DNA from: an uncultured Acidobacteriota bacterium
GTDB lineage: Bacteria; Acidobacteriota; Vicinamibacteria; Vicinamibacterales; JAKQTR01
Assembly: GCA_963809475.1 (NCBI GenBank)
Contig: CAWEJS010000002.1
Coordinates: 344,116 to 408,115 of the forward strand
Length of the DNA stretch: 64,000 bases
Direction of reading: 5' to 3'
The notes beneath the pieces are model-generated. The model was not told where the DNA came from. It searched no databases and worked only from the letters and a program-made list of their open reading frames with translations. The position numbers and the translations under genes are program-made. This document shows positions 37,873 to 45,882 of the stretch, in pieces; position 1 is the stretch's first letter, and each line of letters opens with the position of its first letter.

Positions 37873-38838
37873 TTCCTGGAGAGCTCGTCAAGCCGGGCCA
37901 GTTCCGCGTCCGTCAGACGGAAACCCATCGCGCCGGCGCTCTCCTCCGCCTGATGGACCTTCGTCGCGCCGGGAATGGTCACGATCGTGTCGCCGTGGAC
38001 ACCGATGACCCAGTTCAGGGCGACCTGCGCGGCAGTGGCCTGGTGGCGCGCGCCGATCTCGTCCAGCGCCGCGACAAGCGGCCGCGAGTGCTCGATGCGC
38101 TTCCTGAACCTGACCCGCCACACGGCGGGCTTCTTCGCTGCCAGCGCCGGATCCTTCTGGTACTTGCCGGTCAGTACGCCCTGCCCCAGCGGGGTGTAGG
38201 CGATGATCGTCACGCCCAGTTCCTTCGCGGCCTCGAGTACGCCGTTGGTCTCGATGGAGCGGTCGATCAGGCTGTACTGCATCTGGTTGACCGCCAGCGG
38301 CAGGCCGCGCCTCTGCAAGGCGGCATGCGCCCGACGCATTCTCGCGGCGTTGAAGTTGCTCACGCCCACCGACCGGATCTTCCCCGCCTCGACCAGGTCC
38401 GCCATCGCCTCCATCTCTGCCTCGACGGAGGAGAAGCCGAAGGGCTGGTGGACCATGTACGTGCTGATCGAGTAGCCGTCGAGGAAGCGAAGGCGGTCGC
38501 CGATGGTGCGCGGGATGTTGCGCGCCGTGCGGGGAATCGGCCACCATTTGGTCGCCACCACCACATCGCCGTCCGCCTTCCCGGCGGCCTTGAGCGCCGC
38601 GGCGAGCGAGGCTTCGGAGAGACCGTTCCCGTACAGTTCCGCGGTGTCGAACCAGTTGATGCCCCCGTCCAGCGCCGCTTTGACGATGGCGTTCTTCTCC
38701 GCCTGACGAAGGACAGGGAACCACCCGCCCATCAGGCCGCTGCCACCTGAGAACTCCATCATGCCCAAACCGATGGGCGTGATGGGAATCCCGGTCTTCC
38801 CTAACGTGCGCATGTAGAACTGCATGGGCGCTGACATC
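37863..38838 (-). CDS. Aldo/keto reductase
   Basis: MRTLGKTGIPITPIGLGMMEF...INWFDTAELYGNG...VATKW...YMVHQP...IRSVGVSNF...NQMQYSL...AYTPLGQGVLTGKY. Only the C-terminal 325 codons of the 1016-aa track ORF are credible. Confidence 0.9.
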
Positions 38839-38981
38839 CGAGGAGTCCTTTCCCTGCAAGGTCCGCCCTTCGAATCATAGTGCACGGGCCGGCCCGGCGG
38901 GAGCCGCGCCCCCCGACTCGAGTTCTGATACTGTGAGTACGTTTGCCCCCGGTCGCCGGCCCCGATGGAGGAACCACAATT

Positions 38982-41255
38982 GTGACCAGGACCCTTCACG
39001 GCAAGAACGCCGCCGTCGCCGCTCTTGCTGCCGGAATCCTCACGCTCCTGACGCTGTCGCCGGTTTCGGCCCAGCGGCCCCCGCAGGCTCCCAAAGGCCC
39101 CTGGATGGACAAGACCCTGCCCCCCGATCAGCGGGCCGACATGGTGATCGCCCAGATGACCCTCGACGAGAAGATGGTCCTGGTCCGCGGTACGGGCGGA
39201 TTCGGACTGTCGGGAGTCCGGTCCAACGGCGGGGCGGGGGTGATCGAGGGGATCCCGCGCCTGGGCCTTCCGGACCTGCAGTTGGCCGATTCCGCGGTGG
39301 GAGTCAGGGCCGCCGCGGAACGCGGCCGCTATGCCACGTTGCTGCCCTCCACGATGGCGGAGGCCGCCACGTGGGACCTGAAGCTGGCCTTTGCCTACGG
39401 CGACCTGATCGGCCGCGAACTGCGCGACCAGCAGTACAACGTCTCCCTTGGCGGCGGCGTCAACATCACGCGCGAGCCGCGCAACGGCCGCAACTTCGAG
39501 TATCTGGGCGAGGACCCGGTCCTGGCCGGCAAGATGGCGGCGCAGTGGGTCAGGGGGCTGCAGAGCAACCACGTGATTGGCGACGTGAAGCACTACGCCT
39601 TCAACGATCAGGAGACAGGCCGCAACATCGGCAACGTCGTCCTCGACAAGCGCACGGCCCGTGAGACGGACCTGCTGGCGTTCGAGATCGCCGTCACCGA
39701 GGGCCAGCCCGGCATGGTGATGTGCTCCTACAACAAGTTCAACGGCGACTGGGCCTGCGAGAACGACTACCTGCTGACCGACGTGCTGAAAAAGGCGTGG
39801 GCGTTCAAGGGCTTCGTCATCTCCGACTGGGGCGGCACGCATTCCACCGTGAAGGCCGCGCTGGCGGGCATGGACAACGAGGAGCCGGGAAGCCGCTACT
39901 TCGGCGACGCGCTGAAGAAGGCCGTGGAGGGCGGAGAGGTGCCGCTCGCGCGGCTCGATGACATGGTGCACCGCATCCTGCGGACGGAGTTCGCGTCGGG
40001 GATCGTGGACGATCCGCCGAGGGGCCGCGTAGTCGATCCCTTCAAGGGTGCCGACACGGCCCAGGAGATTGCCGAGCAGGCGTCGGTGCTGCTGAAGAAC
40101 TCGGGCGCCCAGCTTCCGCTGAACGCGGCAACCGTGCGATCCATCGCGCTCGTCGGGTCGCGCGCCGACGCCGGTGTGCTGTCGGGCGGCGGATCGGCCC
40201 AGGTGGATCCTCCGGGCAGCGGGCCGAGCCGGTACGGCGGCCCGGCCGTCTGGTTCCCCTCGTCTCCCTTGAAGGCGATACGCGCAAAGGCCCCCAGGGC
40301 CAAGGTTGAATTCAACAACGGCGCCGACCCGGCGGCCGCGGCTGCCCTCGCCAAGGCGTCCGACATCGCCATCGTCTTCGTCAACCAGCCCACCAGCGAA
40401 GGCAGGGACATGCCCTCGCTTTCCCTGCCGGAGGACCGGATCGATGGCGCGAACCCGGTGGTCGTTGACCAGGACAGGCTGGTGAGCGCGGTGGCGGCGG
40501 CGAATCCGCACACGATTGTCGTGCTCGAGACCGGCGGGCCGGTTGCGATGCCGTGGATTGCCCAGGTGAGCGCCGCCATCGAGATCTGGTATCCGGGCAT
40601 TCGCGGCGCGGAGGCACTGGCGAACATCCTGTTCGGCGACATCAGCCCGTGCGCGAAGCTGCCGGTCACGTTCGCCAAGGCCGACGGGGACCTGCCGCAT
40701 CCCCAGATCGCCGGGATGCGTCCGCCGGCGCCAGTCCCACCCGCGGCCGCCCCTGGCCGTGCCGGAGCACCCGGCGCCGCCCCCGGACTCGGGCCGGGCG
40801 GCGGAGGACGAGGTGCAGCACAGCCGTTCGACATCGTCTATACGGAAGGCCTGAAGGTCGGCTACAAGTGGTTCGATGCCGAGGGCAAGGAGCCGCTCTT
40901 CCCGTTCGGCCACGGGCTGTCGTACACCACCTTTGCCTACAGCGGGCTCAAGGCCGGCCTCGACAGTGTGTCGTTCACCGTCCGCAATACCGGCAAACGC
41001 ACCGGCGCCGAGATTGCCCAGGTCTACGTGGGATTGCCGGCGGCCGCGCAGGAGCCTCCGAGGCGCCTGGTCGCATGGGAGAAGATCCGCCTGGCGCCCG
41101 GCGAGTCCAGGACCGTCACCGTGCCGCTCGAGCCGAAGTTCCTGTCCGTCTTCAATGAGCAGAAGGACGACTGGGAGCTCCTTCCCGGCGAGTACAGGAT
41201 CTTCGTGGGCGGTTCATCACGCGAGACGCCGCTCGCGGCGATGGTGAGGCGTTAG
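38982..41255 (+). CDS. GH3 beta-glucosidase-type glycoside hydrolase, secreted
   Basis: GTG 38982 follows GGAGGA. Signal-like VTRTLHGKNAAVAALAAGILTLLTLSPVSAQ. Motifs MTLDEKM, NITREPRNGRNFEYLGEDP, KHYAFNDQE, GFVISDWGG and GHGLSYTTF. Contains a Pro/Gly/Ala-rich insert at about 40716-40825. Confidence 0.9.
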   Translation: MTRTLHGKNAAVAALAAGILTLLTLSPVSAQRPPQAPKGPWMDKTLPPDQRADMVIAQMTLDEKMVLVRGTGGFGLSGVRSNGGAGVIEGIPRLGLPDLQLADSAVGVRAAAERGRYATLLPSTMAEAATWDLKLAFAYGDLIGRELRDQQYNVSLGGGVNITREPRNGRNFEYLGEDPVLAGKMAAQWVRGLQSNHVIGDVKHYAFNDQETGRNIGNVVLDKRTARETDLLAFEIAVTEGQPGMVMCSYNKFNGDWACENDYLLTDVLKKAWAFKGFVISDWGGTHSTVKAALAGMDNEEPGSRYFGDALKKAVEGGEVPLARLDDMVHRILRTEFASGIVDDPPRGRVVDPFKGADTAQEIAEQASVLLKNSGAQLPLNAATVRSIALVGSRADAGVLSGGGSAQVDPPGSGPSRYGGPAVWFPSSPLKAIRAKAPRAKVEFNNGADPAAAAALAKASDIAIVFVNQPTSEGRDMPSLSLPEDRIDGANPVVVDQDRLVSAVAAANPHTIVVLETGGPVAMPWIAQVSAAIEIWYPGIRGAEALANILFGDISPCAKLPVTFAKADGDLPHPQIAGMRPPAPVPPAAAPGRAGAPGAAPGLGPGGGGRGAAQPFDIVYTEGLKVGYKWFDAEGKEPLFPFGHGLSYTTFAYSGLKAGLDSVSFTVRNTGKRTGAEIAQVYVGLPAAAQEPPRRLVAWEKIRLAPGESRTVTVPLEPKFLSVFNEQKDDWELLPGEYRIFVGGSSRETPLAAMVRR

Positions 41256-41361
41256 CGGGCAGGCCTCCTGCCGGCCCGCCGCCCGCTCAGACGTGGCGCA
41301 GAACCACGTGACAGGCCGTTCGCGATCTCCGGGCGCGGGGGTCTCGTCCCGCGTGCACTTC

Positions 41362-42651
41362 ATGCTGCGGGCGCTCTCGCACCGCAACTACCGGCTCTTC
41401 TTTGCCGGGCAGGGCACCTCGCTGGTCGGCACGTGGATCACCCGCGTCGCCACGAGCTGGCTGGTGTATCGCCTGACCGGATCCGCCGCGGCGCTCGGCG
41501 TCATCGGGTTCGCCGGCCAGATCCCCACGTTCCTGCTGGCGCCGTTCGCCGGAGTGTGGGTGGACCGATGGAGCCGGTACCGCGTGCTGGTGTGTACGCA
41601 GGTGCTCTCGATGCTCCAGTCGTTCGCCCTGGCCTGGCTGGCGCTCGCCGGCACGATCAACGTGACGCACATCCTGCTCCTGAGCGCGTTGCAGGGGATC
41701 ATCAACGCGTTCGACACGCCGGCGCGCCAGGCGTTCGTCGTGGACATGATCGAGGACCGCGCCGATCTGTCCAACGCGATTGCCTTGAACTCCTCGATGG
41801 TCAACGGCGCGCGGCTGGTCGGCCCGTCGGTCGCGGGAGTGCTCATCGCGGCGTCGGGCGAGGGCTGGTGCTTCATGGTCGACGGCCTGTCGTACCTGGC
41901 CGTGATCGCCTCGCTGCTGATGATGCGGCTGGCGCGGACGGAGCCGCGGCGCGCCGGCCAGCGCGTCCTCGTGGAGTTGCGCGAGGGTTTCCGCTATGCG
42001 TTCGGCTTTGCGCCCATCCGGTCCGTGCTGCTGTTGCTCGCGCTGGTGAGTCTCATGGGGATGCCGTACACGGTGCTGATGCCGGTCATGGCCGCCGGCG
42101 TGCTGCACGGCGGCCCGCACACGTTGGGCTTCCTGATGGGGGCCACCGGAATCGGGGCGCTCGGCGGCGCCGTGTACCTGGCCTCCCGGCGCAGCGTGCT
42201 CGGGCTCGGCCGCGTCATCCCGGCTGCCGCGGTCCTGTTCGGGTGTGGGCTGATTGCGTTCTCGCTGTCGCGCAGCACCGCCCTGTCTCTCGTGCTCATG
42301 GTCGTCACCGGCACCGGTTTCATGGTGCAGATGGCGTCGAGCAACACGGTCCTCCAGACGATCCTGCGCGAGGAGATGCGCGGCCGCGTGATGTCCTTCT
42401 ACACCATGGCGTTCATGGGCACCGCGCCGTTTGGCAGCCTGCTGGCCGGCAGCCTCGCCTCTCGCGTCGGCGCGCCGCGCACCATCCTGCTCGGCGGCTG
42501 TGCGTGCATCCTCGGCGGGCTCGTGTTCTGCCGCCAGCTGCCTCGACTGCGGAAGCAGGCCGAACCGGTCTACGTCGAGCGCGGCATCCTGCCCGAGATC
42601 GCGAGCGGCCTGTCGGATGCCGCCGCGTTCGGTGACGAGTCGCAACGGTAG
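41362..42651 (+). CDS. MFS transporter, MFS_3/EntS-like subfamily
   Basis: N-terminus MLRALSHRNYRLFFAGQGTSLVGTWITRVATSWLVY, typical for this subfamily, with 12 predicted helices. Alternative upstream GTG at 41293. Confidence 0.8.
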   Translation: MLRALSHRNYRLFFAGQGTSLVGTWITRVATSWLVYRLTGSAAALGVIGFAGQIPTFLLAPFAGVWVDRWSRYRVLVCTQVLSMLQSFALAWLALAGTINVTHILLLSALQGIINAFDTPARQAFVVDMIEDRADLSNAIALNSSMVNGARLVGPSVAGVLIAASGEGWCFMVDGLSYLAVIASLLMMRLARTEPRRAGQRVLVELREGFRYAFGFAPIRSVLLLLALVSLMGMPYTVLMPVMAAGVLHGGPHTLGFLMGATGIGALGGAVYLASRRSVLGLGRVIPAAAVLFGCGLIAFSLSRSTALSLVLMVVTGTGFMVQMASSNTVLQTILREEMRGRVMSFYTMAFMGTAPFGSLLAGSLASRVGAPRTILLGGCACILGGLVFCRQLPRLRKQAEPVYVERGILPEIASGLSDAAAFGDESQR

Positions 42652-42675
42652 GCGGCCGCGACACGGCCCCGACGA

Positions 42676-44151
42676 TCACCGCGGCGACATCTTCAGGACC
42701 CACGCGGGCTGGGCGAGAAGGCCTTCGGGCAATTCCGGGAGGTCAATCACCATCGTGGACCCGGCCTTCGAAAACCGGAGCGCTCCGGGGGCGCCGAGCA
42801 GCGCGAAGGCTCTCGGCGTCAACGCGCCGGCGTCCTTCCACACGAACTGCCGGCCGGGCCAACGAGTCAGGATCGCGTAGACGGTGTCGCCCTTCCTCGT
42901 GAAGAACGCCTCGATCGACGCCTTGCCCGGCGCCGCTGGCCTGGTGAGCTTGGCGACGTCGTAGGCCGAGTCGTACTCCTTGTTGTAGTCGATCGTCGGC
43001 ACCTCGCCGTCGCTCCACTGCTTCGCGACCGTGAACGGCCGTGTGCCGTAGATGGCTTCGCCGTTGACGTCGAGCCAGGCGCCGATCTCGGCGAGCCGCT
43101 GCTCCATGATCACCGGAATCGTGCCGTCGGCATCCGGACCGATGTCGAGCAGCAGGTTGCCGCCCCGGCTCACGGTGTCGACGAGGATGGTCACCAGTTC
43201 CCTGCCCGTCCGGTAGTGCTCGAGTCGCTCCGCGCGGTTGTAGCCGTAGGAGTAGCCCATGCCGCGGCTCTCCTCCCACGGGTGAGACGTCTCGGCCATG
43301 CCGGGCGTGTATTCGGTGGTCCAGTAGCCGCCGTGCTTGTGGCGGGTGTCCTTGCCCCAGCGGTCGTTGACGACGACGTCGCCCTTCACCGCCGATTCGT
43401 TGAAGAGCCAGGCGAGCATCTCCGGGCTCTTCCACTCGGACGAGGGCAGGTCCCATTCACCGTCCGAGAAGATGATCGACGGCTGGTAGCGGGTGACCAC
43501 GTCCTTGAACTGCGGGATCATGTGCTCGCGGACGTAGCGGGGCTTGTCGGCAAGCCAGAGCGGGTTGTACCACTCGTAGAGCGAGTAGTAGAAGCCCATC
43601 CGGAGGCCCTTCGCGCGCACGGCCTTCGTCAACTCGCCGAGCAGATCGCGTGTCGGCCCGATCTCCATAGCGTTCCACGGCCGGCCCCAGGTGGCCGACG
43701 CCTCGCGGCTCGGCCAGAGCGCAAAGCCCTCGTGGTGCTTCGACGTCGGGACCACGTACTTCGCGCCCGAGCGGCGGAAGACCTCCGCCCAGTGGTCCGC
43801 GTCGAACAACTCGGCGCGGAACAGCGGGGCGAAGTCCTGGTAGTCGAAGCCGGCCCCGTACTGACGCCGGTGGTAGTCCCACGTCCCCGACTGGATCGCG
43901 CTCGGCTTCTCGCCCCGCCCGCCCGTGAGCGCGTTCCAGTACCACTCCGCGTACGCGAGCTTGCCCGGCAGGACCGGGGCGTAGGAGGGCACCGAGTACA
44001 CGCCCCAGTGGATGAAGATGCCGAACTTCGCGTCCTGGAACCACGCGGGAGTCGGGCGCGCGTCGAGGGATTCCCAGGTTGGCTGATACGGCTGGGCACT
44101 GGCAACACCGGCAATGCTGCTCAGGGCCAGGACCAGGATGGCATTCTTCAT
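42676..44151 (-). CDS. GH29 alpha-L-fucosidase, secreted
   Basis: ATG 44151 follows GGAGGAG. Signal peptide MKNAILVLALSSIAGVASA. Motifs AKFGIFIHWGVYSVPSY, KHHEGFALWPS and GNLLLDIGPDADGTIP. Confidence 0.9.
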   Translation of the reverse strand: MKNAILVLALSSIAGVASAQPYQPTWESLDARPTPAWFQDAKFGIFIHWGVYSVPSYAPVLPGKLAYAEWYWNALTGGRGEKPSAIQSGTWDYHRRQYGAGFDYQDFAPLFRAELFDADHWAEVFRRSGAKYVVPTSKHHEGFALWPSREASATWGRPWNAMEIGPTRDLLGELTKAVRAKGLRMGFYYSLYEWYNPLWLADKPRYVREHMIPQFKDVVTRYQPSIIFSDGEWDLPSSEWKSPEMLAWLFNESAVKGDVVVNDRWGKDTRHKHGGYWTTEYTPGMAETSHPWEESRGMGYSYGYNRAERLEHYRTGRELVTILVDTVSRGGNLLLDIGPDADGTIPVIMEQRLAEIGAWLDVNGEAIYGTRPFTVAKQWSDGEVPTIDYNKEYDSAYDVAKLTRPAAPGKASIEAFFTRKGDTVYAILTRWPGRQFVWKDAGALTPRAFALLGAPGALRFSKAGSTMVIDLPELPEGLLAQPAWVLKMSPR

Positions 44152-44254
44152 GTCCGCGCTCCTCCGTAGTGGAGGATTGTACACTCGACGCGCCACAACC
44201 TCGGCGGGCCGGTATACGTCTAAACAGTCGATCCCGCCCGCTGCCGGAGGTCCG

Positions 44255-44887
44255 ATGGTCCGTCCCATGCTCTCGAGACGCGCGGCGTCTCTCATGACAC
44301 CCCTCGCGATCTGCGCCTTGCTGCTCCTGTCGCCTGCCGCCGGGCGGGCCTTGCCGCCCGCCGCGGCTCCGCAGTGGTTCCTCGACATCGAGCGGGCCAT
44401 GGACGTCGCGGGCGTGGTACCGGGACTGGTGATCGGCGAGGCCGGGGCGGGGGACGGCTACTTCACGCTCCCAATGGCCCGGCGGGTCGGACCGGCGGGC
44501 CTGGTCTACGCCAACGACATCAGCACGCGGGCGCTGCAATCGCTGGAGGAACGCGCCGCGCGGGCGGAACTCACCAATATCCGCACCGTGGTGGGCGACG
44601 TCACGGATCCCAGGTTCCCTCGGCGGGATCTTCAGCTGGTCGTGGTCGTCCACGCGTTCCACGACTTCAGTCAGCCCGTGGAGTGGCTCGTCAATCTGAA
44701 GGGCTACCTTCGCCCCGGCGGGGCCGTGGCCATCATCGACCGCGACCCGGAGCAGGGCGCCGAGTCGCATTTCTGGACCCGCGCGCGCATCGAAGGCTAC
44801 GCAGCGGAGGCCGGTTACGACCTGACCCTCGCGTCAAACGAGGTCTCCCGGCACGTGATTCTGGTCTTCAAGCCGAAGCCGCAGTGA
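44255..44887 (+). CDS. Class I SAM-dependent methyltransferase fold protein with an N-terminal signal/anchor sequence
   Basis: GGAGG SD. N-terminus MVRPMLSRRAASLMTPLAICALLLLSPAAG, then motif I VIGEAGAGDGYFT, DIS, VVVHAFHD and LRPGGAVAIID. Confidence 0.75.
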   Translation: MVRPMLSRRAASLMTPLAICALLLLSPAAGRALPPAAAPQWFLDIERAMDVAGVVPGLVIGEAGAGDGYFTLPMARRVGPAGLVYANDISTRALQSLEERAARAELTNIRTVVGDVTDPRFPRRDLQLVVVVHAFHDFSQPVEWLVNLKGYLRPGGAVAIIDRDPEQGAESHFWTRARIEGYAAEAGYDLTLASNEVSRHVILVFKPKPQ

Positions 44888-44976
44888 GCGGCCTGCCCGA
44901 ATCACGCCGGCCGGCCGGCGCTCGACGCCGGAGAGGTAAACAACCGGTCCGGCTCGGCCGTATCTCAATCACGCCC

Positions 44977-45729
44977 ATGTCAGGTCGCGTTCGCGCGGTG
45001 AATCGGGCCGCACTGACCGTGCTGGCTGTCGGCGTCGCACTGGTGCCGGCCTGCGCCGGCCGGACGAGGCCGCAGACTGCGCCCGCCGCCGCGCCGCCGA
45101 TCCGCATCGTCTTCGTCGGCGATTCGCTGGTGCACCGCTCGGCCGTCGATTACGGGATGCTCGATGCGATTCGCGACAGCCTGGCGGCCCGCCATCCGTC
45201 TCGTTCATTCGAGGTGGTTGACGCGGGCGCGAACGGCGATCGCATCGTGGACATCCGCCGGCGGCTCGACGAGGACGTGCTCGGGCTCCACCCCGACGCG
45301 GTCGTGCTGTACTGGGACAGCGATGTGAGCGACGTCGACGAGTCCGGAATGAGCCCGGAAGGGGTGCGGCATCTGCGGGAGGCGTACGAACAGGCCGTCG
45401 CCGCCGTCCTTCAGCGTCTCGCGGCGTCGGGCGCCGAGGTCGTCATGAGCGGGCCTACGTTGATCGGCGAGCGGCGTCATCCGCGCAATGCGAAGGACGC
45501 CCAACTGGACAGCTATCGCGACATCAACCGCAGGCTCGCGAACAAGGCGGGGATCCCGTACCTGGACACCCGTCACGCCTTCCAGTCCCGGCGCCCGCCC
45601 GGCGCGCCTGCCGCGACCGATCGCGGCCTGCTCACGGAGGATGGCGAACACCTCAACGCCCTGGGAGCGGGCCTCGCCCGGTCGCTGTTCGTCGCGGCCC
45701 TCGATGCGTGGCTTGGCCGCGCGCCCTGA
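44977..45729 (+). CDS. SGNH/GDSL hydrolase, probable lipoprotein
   Basis: N-terminus MSGRVRAVNRAALTVLAVGVALVPACAG. Block I IVFVGDSLV. C-terminal LTEDGEHLN (DxxH-type). Confidence 0.75.
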   Translation: MSGRVRAVNRAALTVLAVGVALVPACAGRTRPQTAPAAAPPIRIVFVGDSLVHRSAVDYGMLDAIRDSLAARHPSRSFEVVDAGANGDRIVDIRRRLDEDVLGLHPDAVVLYWDSDVSDVDESGMSPEGVRHLREAYEQAVAAVLQRLAASGAEVVMSGPTLIGERRHPRNAKDAQLDSYRDINRRLANKAGIPYLDTRHAFQSRRPPGAPAATDRGLLTEDGEHLNALGAGLARSLFVAALDAWLGRAP

Positions 45730-45882
45730 TCGGCGTCAAGCTCCCCGAGGCCTCTCCGGCTCTCTCCGCCAGATGATCGCGCCGTCACGCCGAACGCACT
45801 CTGGCTCAAAGCGGGGTCCCGCCGGATCCGGTGCAGCAGGTCGTGGATTGGGCGTAGGATCTCCACTCGGAGGACAAGGACG

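Noticed and set aside
38839-40913. N-terminal about 690 codons of the 1016-aa minus-strand ORF 37863..40913
   Set aside because: Only the last 325 codons form an aldo/keto reductase with its own ATG. The rest is Arg/Gly-rich and lies antisense to a canonical GH3 gene on the + strand.
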